DNA of 64,000 nt from IMG/VR virus record IMGVR_UViG_3300020409_001194, positions 1 to 64,000 of that record. The stretch is one strand, 5' to 3'. This DNA comes from a virus (lineage: Duplodnaviria > Caudoviricetes). Each line of letters opens with the position of its first letter. The first letter of the stretch is position 1. The position numbers and the translations under genes are program-made. The notes under the pieces were generated by a model that had not been told where the DNA came from, did not search any database, and saw only the letters and a list, made by a program, of their open reading frames with translations. Positions 56,553 through 64,000 of the stretch are shown piece after piece.

Positions 56553-59500
56553 ATGTCAACAATTAACTTAAACGTATCGCCATACTTTGACGATTTTGAT
56601 GAGTCTAAGGATTACCTTAGAGTCCTATTTCGACCTGGTTTTGCGGTTCAAGCAAGAGAGTTAACACAACTTCAAACAATATCACAAAAACAAACCTCAA
56701 GATTAGGTAATCATATATTTAAAGATGGTTCTCGAGTAAATGAAGGTAATATAAACATTAACTTTAATGTTCATACCATGAATTTAATCTCTGGTTCGGG
56801 TAATGTTAATTTCCCACTATCAGGAGCACTTTCTGGTTCTATTGAGGGAACAATAGGTAATTTCTCAGAAACAATTATATCGAACCAAGACAATACTATT
56901 CAAGCAAGAGTTTTAAGAACACCTACTGGTTCTATTGAAACCAATAAGACTGGTAATATTTACTTCACTTATATTACATCAAAACAATTTAGTGATTCAG
57001 ATGAAGGTTATATCTATGCAAGAAGTGAAGATAATCCTGAAAACACAGTCACTTATGCAAACGTATACACGAGTGTTAGTCCAGCAACGACAGCAACTGT
57101 TCTCTCAGGTGTGTACTATGTGGATGGATTTTTCTCAAGAATTACAGAACAAAATGTAGTTGTATCATCTACAACAAATAAACCCACAGCAGCAATAGGT
57201 TTTTCAATAACATCTAAGGCCATATCTGCAAATGATGATGCAACATTATTTGATAATGCACGAGGTTCTACGAACGAAGGTGCACCAGGTGCGAATAGAT
57301 TACAGAACGCAATTAGTATTCTTATTAAGAGTACATTAGATCAAGGTTCTGATCCGACATTTTATAAACAAATAGAGATTAAAGATGGTGTAATTTTAGG
57401 AGATACAGAACCTACACCACAGGGATTAAGAGTTTCATCAAACCCACAGTACAATGGTATTGGAGATGAATTAGCTCGAAGAAGGAAAGATGAATCAGGT
57501 TCTTATGCTGTCAAAAAATTCATTGCAAAAATTCAAGAACAAACATACGATGATTCAGATAAATTTGCAGTTTCATTTAGTAAAGGTTTAGCATACGTTA
57601 ATGGTTATAGATATGAATCATTTGCTGATGAACTAATATACCTAAATAGAAATGCAACAGCTAAAAAACAAACAAATCAAAAAGTAGCTATCAAAGGAGC
57701 ACCATACGTTGAAGTTAAAAACGTATCTAGTGGTACTCTATCTGGTATGTTAACTACAGATGCTAATGGTGTTGGTGCATACGCTAATAAAGTTTCATTA
57801 AAAGATTCTGATGGTCACACAATTGGTTTTGCAAGATCTTATGGATATCAAGCAACTAACGGTGAAACAAACGGTAGAGTATATCTGCATGATATAAAAA
57901 TGTTTCAGCATATAAGATTTGGAGCATCATCTTCTTTTGATTCAGATGCTTCTGCTTATTGGAGAGATGCTTTAATTGCAGGTGAACAAGTCACTGCGAA
58001 CCTTAATGGTAAAGTACAAACAGCAGATGTTGTAAAATTAGACGGATCAAATGTAGCTGATTCAGATTGGACAGATATTAATATCACCACAAATGGTGAA
58101 GCAAGACTTGGTGGTACCGCTAGTTATAAAACAACTGGTGTACTACTCACAAATTCAAATGCACAATTTCAAAAAGGTGCTAAGATTGGATATGATATTA
58201 CAAGAACTCCAACAGTCTCACCTAGAATTGAAAATGCAAGACAGTTTAAGTTTTCTGAAGTAAGAAGAATTAAAGGTTCAACAAATGATTCCGAAGGTGT
58301 TTCATTTGATGCTACTACTGAATGGACTCCAGGTACAGGTGCAACATTAAAGAATGTTTCAGGTAAACTATTCGGAGAAAGTCAAAAAACATATAAAACA
58401 TTACGTTCTGGAACAGTACCATTTGATAATGACTTTGAAGTACTTTATAAATCACCACCTACAATTTCCTCAACAGATGGAAGTTTAGCTGTCACACCAG
58501 ACTTTTCTAATACTCAATGGTCATCGCACTTTAGAAATGGTGACTATAAGAAAACTAGAGTTGATGATGCTGTAGAGATTACTAAAGAGTTAAAATATGG
58601 TGTTCTTAAAATTAGAAATACATCAGATATTACACGTACGTCATCAGTTAACTCATCATGGTCAGCACAAGATAGAAAGATAAACTTATTCTATCCAGAT
58701 ATTTACAAAGTTTATAAGATAGTACAAGGTTCCACTAATAATACTTTTGGTACATCAACAACTGATCCTAATGCATCATTTACTTCTATTGTAGTAAACA
58801 TTTCTGGTGGTGCTACAATACCTCAAGGTTCAGTGATTGTAGGTCAATCATCGAAGACACGTGCAAGAGTTGCACTATCAAATACTATCGCAACTGGTGA
58901 ATCAACTAAATCAGGTTCTACTGGTTATCATGTTATGAGATCAGGTACTGGTGCAAGTGATAAGCTTGAAGTTTGCTTTGAAAAAGGTTCAGCATTCACA
59001 GCAGGTGAATCATTAAGAGTAGATGTTCCAGAAAGAGAAACTCCTATCACAGCAAACATTACATTTACATCTGTTGATACTAAAGTTGAAGGTGCAGATA
59101 TTACTGCAAACTATCTTTTAGATAATGGTCAAAGAGTTGATTACTATGGTATAGGTTCTATTATAAGAAAAACTGGAGTACCAGCACCAAGCAATGGTGA
59201 TATATTAGTATTCTACTCATACTTTGATGCTAATCCATTTGAATCATTCTATTACAGTGTCGATTCATATTCAGGTGATGGTTTCTATAAAGTTGACCCA
59301 AGATATTATGGTAGACCTATAGAAATAAAAGATTATGATGCTACAACTGGTACTAACCTAAGAAATGTAATTGACTTTAGATTCAGACAAAGATTAATAG
59401 ATGGTTATGCAACAACTAATAACCCACTCTCATTTAGATATAGAGAACTTGAAAATACTGGTGTAAGTATAATTCCAGATGGAAGTTTCTTTACAGATGC

Positions 59501-62500
59501 AGAATACTTTACAGCACAAAATATTTCATTTGTTCTAAATAATAAAGGAAGAATTAAAACATTCTTTGGTGTAGAAGATGTCACTAATCCAAAAGACCCA
59601 GATATTCAAGTAGATGGTATGCTTCTCGCCACAATACAAGTTCCACCTGCAGTAAGATATCCAGCAAGAGAGATATCTTTATTTAGTGATCAGCAGCGTG
59701 GATACACAATGAGAGATATTGGAAAACTCGAAAAACGTATTAAAAATTTAGAAACATCTGTTAGCCTATCTCTCTTAGAGAGCAAAGCATTACAAGATAA
59801 TATTGGAACGAGAGTAAAATCAGGATTTATTGTAGATGACTTTTCATCAACTACACAAACACCTGCAGAATTAACAAATAAAAACTTTAGAGCTTCAATA
59901 GATACTCAAAAAAATGTGTTAAGACCACCATCTGTAGAATCTAATGTACAACTTGAGAGAGTGAATGATGGTACGAATATAGACCCATTCTTCTTATCAC
60001 AGAATACACCATTCATAGTGAAGTCATACACTGAAGATCAGATGTTAGAACAAACATTTGCTTCTAGTCTTATAAGAATTAATCCTTATGCAACATGGAC
60101 TTATTCAGGTAATATTGAACTAAATCCAACACAAGATTTCTGGAGAGATCCGTCATGGAATGTTGTTGAAAACTTCTTTATTGATAGAACATCTTTTGGT
60201 GGTGGTATTACAAGTGTATCTCAGACAGTGTTTGATAACCTTACACCAGTCACAAGAGATATACCTAATTCTGAGTTCAATACAACAGAAACAAACTGGA
60301 CTGGTACAGTCACATCCACTGCAACAACCACAACAGATAACTTCTTATGGTGGTTGGGAGGTACAACAACAACTACTACAACTACAACAGTTCCTATTGG
60401 TACTGAAACAACAAGTAATTTCATTGCACAGGAAGAAGAGTTTACAAGTTCATCAGACTTTAATGTAAGAGAAGTAAGAGAAAGAGATGATGCTTGGATA
60501 AGATCGCAGACTATAGAATTTGAAGGTCAAGGATTTAGACCTAATACTGATTTAAAAGCTATATTTGACGGTGTCACTGTCACAAATAACTGTGCACAAA
60601 CAGATTTCTTACCACTAACTACCACATCAGCTAGAACATTTGCTGCTAACGGTAGTTTAAGAACAGATGGTAAGGGACAAATACGTGGTAGATTTGTAGT
60701 TCCATCACAAACATTTAAAACAGGAACTAAAGGATTTATACTTACAGACTTAGATGGATCAGCCACAACTGAAGGTACAGTATTCTTTACATCTCGTGGA
60801 TTCTTTGAAGTAGGTGATTTAACAAGCTTCAGAGCTACAAGAGATGCAGGTGCAAGATTACTTTCATCATCATCAACAGCTGTTGCTGGTGAAGCAACTT
60901 CTACAACTACTACTACCACAACACCATTTATATGGCCAATTGGAAATGTTTGGTTTGGTGATCCGATAGCACAACTATTTACATTACCACTTGACCCTGG
61001 TTCAGATCCGAATAATTTCAATCCAGTAAATAATGAAGCAAGAGTGACAGGTTCATTTATAACTTCAGTAGATATATTCTTAGGATTTGTAGATACAAGA
61101 GCTAATAACGATCATGTAATTTGTGAAATTAGAAGTACTGAAAATGGATATCCAGGAGGTACAATTCTTGGTAGAGCAAGAGTAGATGTCACTAAGGCAA
61201 ATCAAAACTTAACAAAACCAGAAATTGCAACAAACTTTAGATTTACAAATCCAGTATTCTTACAAGAAGCAACTGAATATGCAATTGTTTTACTTTCTCC
61301 ATCAGATACTACATCAGCATGGACAGCATTACAAGGTGAAGAAGATGTGATTACTGGTGGTAAGATTGATGCACAACCGAATGTCGGTGGATACTTTGGT
61401 TCATTCTTTAAATCACAAAACGGTTCTTCATGGACAGCTGAACAAAATAGAGACTTAACATTTAAAGCTTATCGAGCTAAATTTACAACAGCTGAATCTA
61501 CAATTACATTAAGAGATAAAGCTAACTTCTATGGTCAGCCGATTGGACAAGCAGCAAGCGGATTAGCAGTAGAGACATTTGATAGTTCTTACTATATAAA
61601 AATACATCACCCTAACCATGGAATGTATGGTCCAGATGACACACATACAGTTAGAATTCTTGGAGTTGCTGGTAATGGTAATATATCTGCATCTGCTGAT
61701 TCTGACTTAGTAAGATTTAGAGGTGAATCAGCATTAAACGGATTACCTGTATCACTTATTAATAATGTATCTTCATTGGCAAATCTTACAAGTTCAACTA
61801 CAACTGCAAAACACAAAGTAAAATTTGCAACACAAGATTCTTACATTATTGATTTAAGAGAACAAGATTCAGATGGTGCTCAAATTAATACAAATCCAGT
61901 CACTGGTGGTTGGCATAAAAATGTTAAAGCAGGTAGAGGTGGTGGAGAGTTAGTAGTTGCTACTTCTAACGTTCAGTTTGATTCTATAAGAACTAATACT
62001 CAACCAGTTAACTTTGATGAAACATCAGTATCACAAGAAGTAAAAACAACTACTGGTGCAAACCTAATATTGAGATCAGCATCTAACTTATTTGGTTATA
62101 ACACTGATTCAATATATTATAAATCACCGCTAGTTAAAGATACGAGTGCAGTTAATCTTCCAATGGATAAACTTACAGACTTTGAACATCCGCAGGTTGT
62201 GCTTGGTTCAATGAACAAAACAGCATCAGCAGACTTTGAACAAATTCTTAAATTGAACACAGCAAATGAATTCTTAACACCAGTAATAAGATTAGATGCT
62301 GCAAGTCAAATGTTTGTATATAAAAATAATTTTGGTCAATTCATTGATGATTCAGAATTAGCTGGATTTATTGACTCAGATCTCTCAGCATCATCATCAG
62401 AAGCACAACAAAGACAATATGCATCTTTCAAAGCTGGTCTTTCAAGTATTGATGAAACAGCAGGTTATATTACAAAGGATATTATATTAGAAGTTCCCGC

Positions 62501-62810
62501 AACTCAGATAAGAGTATTCTTAGATGCTGACATGGATCCAGCCGCAGAAGTTATATTAAAGTATAAAGCTAGAGCTGTAGGTGATAACACAGAATTTGAA
62601 GAACTAGAGTGGAAAACATTCCCACGAAATCAAATTATAAATGAAACAAACTTCGGTAAATTTACATCAGACGTGAGTTTCGATCAATACTCACTAACAC
62701 AAGATGTTGGTTTTGAGTTTGAAGCTTTCAAAATAAAAATTGAATTTGTTTCTCAAAACTCTTCATTCATTAGTATGATAAGAGACTTGAGGATTATAGC
62801 AGTAGTATAA
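56553..62810 (+). CDS. Large VrlC-like (DUF4815) virion structural protein
   Basis: NLNVSPYFDDFD...Y.RVLFRPG.AVQARELTQLQ, APGA.R, ARR..DESG.Y, YTMRDIGKLE.RI.NLE, KSGF.VDDF, DPIAQ.F, FKSQN.S.W. Confidence 0.88.
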   Translation: MSTINLNVSPYFDDFDESKDYLRVLFRPGFAVQARELTQLQTISQKQTSRLGNHIFKDGSRVNEGNININFNVHTMNLISGSGNVNFPLSGALSGSIEGTIGNFSETIISNQDNTIQARVLRTPTGSIETNKTGNIYFTYITSKQFSDSDEGYIYARSEDNPENTVTYANVYTSVSPATTATVLSGVYYVDGFFSRITEQNVVVSSTTNKPTAAIGFSITSKAISANDDATLFDNARGSTNEGAPGANRLQNAISILIKSTLDQGSDPTFYKQIEIKDGVILGDTEPTPQGLRVSSNPQYNGIGDELARRRKDESGSYAVKKFIAKIQEQTYDDSDKFAVSFSKGLAYVNGYRYESFADELIYLNRNATAKKQTNQKVAIKGAPYVEVKNVSSGTLSGMLTTDANGVGAYANKVSLKDSDGHTIGFARSYGYQATNGETNGRVYLHDIKMFQHIRFGASSSFDSDASAYWRDALIAGEQVTANLNGKVQTADVVKLDGSNVADSDWTDINITTNGEARLGGTASYKTTGVLLTNSNAQFQKGAKIGYDITRTPTVSPRIENARQFKFSEVRRIKGSTNDSEGVSFDATTEWTPGTGATLKNVSGKLFGESQKTYKTLRSGTVPFDNDFEVLYKSPPTISSTDGSLAVTPDFSNTQWSSHFRNGDYKKTRVDDAVEITKELKYGVLKIRNTSDITRTSSVNSSWSAQDRKINLFYPDIYKVYKIVQGSTNNTFGTSTTDPNASFTSIVVNISGGATIPQGSVIVGQSSKTRARVALSNTIATGESTKSGSTGYHVMRSGTGASDKLEVCFEKGSAFTAGESLRVDVPERETPITANITFTSVDTKVEGADITANYLLDNGQRVDYYGIGSIIRKTGVPAPSNGDILVFYSYFDANPFESFYYSVDSYSGDGFYKVDPRYYGRPIEIKDYDATTGTNLRNVIDFRFRQRLIDGYATTNNPLSFRYRELENTGVSIIPDGSFFTDAEYFTAQNISFVLNNKGRIKTFFGVEDVTNPKDPDIQVDGMLLATIQVPPAVRYPAREISLFSDQQRGYTMRDIGKLEKRIKNLETSVSLSLLESKALQDNIGTRVKSGFIVDDFSSTTQTPAELTNKNFRASIDTQKNVLRPPSVESNVQLERVNDGTNIDPFFLSQNTPFIVKSYTEDQMLEQTFASSLIRINPYATWTYSGNIELNPTQDFWRDPSWNVVENFFIDRTSFGGGITSVSQTVFDNLTPVTRDIPNSEFNTTETNWTGTVTSTATTTTDNFLWWLGGTTTTTTTTTVPIGTETTSNFIAQEEEFTSSSDFNVREVRERDDAWIRSQTIEFEGQGFRPNTDLKAIFDGVTVTNNCAQTDFLPLTTTSARTFAANGSLRTDGKGQIRGRFVVPSQTFKTGTKGFILTDLDGSATTEGTVFFTSRGFFEVGDLTSFRATRDAGARLLSSSSTAVAGEATSTTTTTTTPFIWPIGNVWFGDPIAQLFTLPLDPGSDPNNFNPVNNEARVTGSFITSVDIFLGFVDTRANNDHVICEIRSTENGYPGGTILGRARVDVTKANQNLTKPEIATNFRFTNPVFLQEATEYAIVLLSPSDTTSAWTALQGEEDVITGGKIDAQPNVGGYFGSFFKSQNGSSWTAEQNRDLTFKAYRAKFTTAESTITLRDKANFYGQPIGQAASGLAVETFDSSYYIKIHHPNHGMYGPDDTHTVRILGVAGNGNISASADSDLVRFRGESALNGLPVSLINNVSSLANLTSSTTTAKHKVKFATQDSYIIDLREQDSDGAQINTNPVTGGWHKNVKAGRGGGELVVATSNVQFDSIRTNTQPVNFDETSVSQEVKTTTGANLILRSASNLFGYNTDSIYYKSPLVKDTSAVNLPMDKLTDFEHPQVVLGSMNKTASADFEQILKLNTANEFLTPVIRLDAASQMFVYKNNFGQFIDDSELAGFIDSDLSASSSEAQQRQYASFKAGLSSIDETAGYITKDIILEVPATQIRVFLDADMDPAAEVILKYKARAVGDNTEFEELEWKTFPRNQIINETNFGKFTSDVSFDQYSLTQDVGFEFEAFKIKIEFVSQNSSFISMIRDLRIIAVV

Positions 62811-62992
62811 TGGATAAACGCTATTTAAAAAGAGATCCGAAGAGTGGTGCTCTATTAAATACTAATAGAGAAGAAGTTATAGAATATAAGAAAAGAATAG
62901 AAAAAGAAGCTCAAACTGAGAGAAGATTAACAACATTAGAAACAAAAATGGATAAGATATTAGAAGTAATGGAGAAGATAGCAAATGGCTAA
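62810..62992 (+). CDS. Small conserved protein downstream of VrlC-like gene
   Basis: L.RD..SGA.LNT followed by coiled coil. Confidence 0.65.
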   Translation: MDKRYLKRDPKSGALLNTNREEVIEYKKRIEKEAQTERRLTTLETKMDKILEVMEKIANG

Positions 62993-63827
62993 CTTAAGAG
63001 ATATATTAGTACCTAATTTTGGATTTGCAGATTCAGATGCACAAGTAGGTATTGCTCCAGTTAATACACAATCTGGTACTATAGCATTTAATGATGCTAA
63101 TAGAATTGTTAAAAATAATGTAAGAATTAATGTTGGTTCATCTCCAAACTCAAACACAGGTGACCCATTAAGAACTGCTTTTATTAAAGTAGGAAACTTT
63201 ATGGAAGCCGTTTACAGAGCGGACTCTGATAAAGATTTACGTATAAAAAGATTTGAAACTCCAGTAGGTGATTCAGATTTTAGAATTCTTGGTGTTAAAG
63301 AAGCAAACGATTTAAGATGGGATTCAGATGCAATACACACAAATTTAGGAAATGCTAATACAGGTTTTGATAGTGATACATTTGCAGGTTTAAAACCTGG
63401 AGATACACTTGTCCTTACAAATAGAATTGACCCATCTAGCAGACAAGTTTTTGTAGATAAATTCTCTCGTTCTAATCCACACGGTCGTATTGATATTAAT
63501 ACTGTAAGACTTAAAAACAATGAGTATAGTATAAATGCTCCAGCTTTCTTAAAAGTTGGTGATGATGGATTACTAAAAGTTCAAACTGAATTTGCATTAG
63601 ATCAAGTTGGTTTAGACTTCGATGGTGCACTAGAAAGATTAAGTGCAGGTACACAGAAAAGTAAATTATCTGCAGCTGATCAGAAACAGCTCTATCAAGA
63701 TTTCAACGATGTGCAAGGTTTAACATCATCATCATTCAGATTAAGTGCTAGCAACGTAGAAGATGCCTTTGCAGAACTAATGGCAAGACAAGTAAGAGTC
63801 GGATATGATGCAGGGTTCTATGGATAA
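62985..63827 (+). CDS. Baseplate/fibre connector with gp9/gp10-like N-terminal motif
   Basis: INVGSSPN..TGDPLR.AF.K; ASNVEDAF.EL; 5 DSD. Confidence 0.6.
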   Translation: MANLRDILVPNFGFADSDAQVGIAPVNTQSGTIAFNDANRIVKNNVRINVGSSPNSNTGDPLRTAFIKVGNFMEAVYRADSDKDLRIKRFETPVGDSDFRILGVKEANDLRWDSDAIHTNLGNANTGFDSDTFAGLKPGDTLVLTNRIDPSSRQVFVDKFSRSNPHGRIDINTVRLKNNEYSINAPAFLKVGDDGLLKVQTEFALDQVGLDFDGALERLSAGTQKSKLSAADQKQLYQDFNDVQGLTSSSFRLSASNVEDAFAELMARQVRVGYDAGFYG

Positions 63828-64000
63828 TGAGTACAAATGTCGACAGTAAAGAACAATTTTTCTGGATTCACAATAGCACCAACCGGATTTGGTGGCGATT
63901 CTGATAATGACTCAGATTTCGGCGAAAATCTAAACCGTTCAATTCAAGCAATCAATAAATCATATTCCATCAAGGCTGGAATTCAAAACACTTTCATAGA
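63827..64000 (+). CDS. Start of next structural protein (truncated)
   Basis: MSTNVDSKEQFFWIHNSTNRIWWR in one frame; adjacent frame reads ...FGGDSDNDSDFGENL; TAATG coupling. Exact start/frame uncertain. Confidence 0.35.

Noticed and set aside
41356-64000. Frequent GATTCAGA/GAATC words read as a DNA repeat, CRISPR array or GANTC methylation-site enrichment
   Set aside because: Always in the D-S frame of the coding strand, irregularly spaced, and the same peptide is also encoded by GATAGTGAT; the signal is at protein level.

Overview
About 64 kb of a lytic, AT-rich T4-like myophage genome (marine-type Tevenvirinae-related); no host chromosome, integrase or CRISPR array seen. Left arm (mostly minus strand): nucleotide-sugar and DNA-modification genes (gp42-like dCMP hydroxymethylase, alpha-glucosyltransferase-like enzyme, GalE, UDP-glucose dehydrogenase, cytidylyltransferase, MazG-like pyrophosphatase), small early genes and tRNA-Arg(UCU). 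A plus-strand island encodes CsgF, CsgG, two curlin-like proteins, a FecR protein and a CHASE2 adenylate cyclase. Next come gp32/gp59/gp33 interleaved with host-like genes (AOX, ClpX, IscU), the baseplate/tail module (gp2, 54, 26/51, tape-measure-like, 4, 48, 53, 27-like, 5, PAAR), holin/endolysin, a fibre-like cluster, and gp25-6-7-8-VrlC-like wedge genes. Most striking observations: (1) a D-S-[D/E] tripeptide occurs about 120 times across eight or nine outer virion proteins and is almost absent elsewhere, suggesting a virion-wide modification or ligand-binding sequon; (2) the curli-secretion plus cAMP-signalling cassette; (3) a probable -1 frameshift fusing gp26 to gp51; (4) eight late-promoter motifs sitting exactly 4 nt before an ATG, suggesting leaderless late mRNAs. 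All product calls come from motif recognition by eye; counts are manual and approximate.
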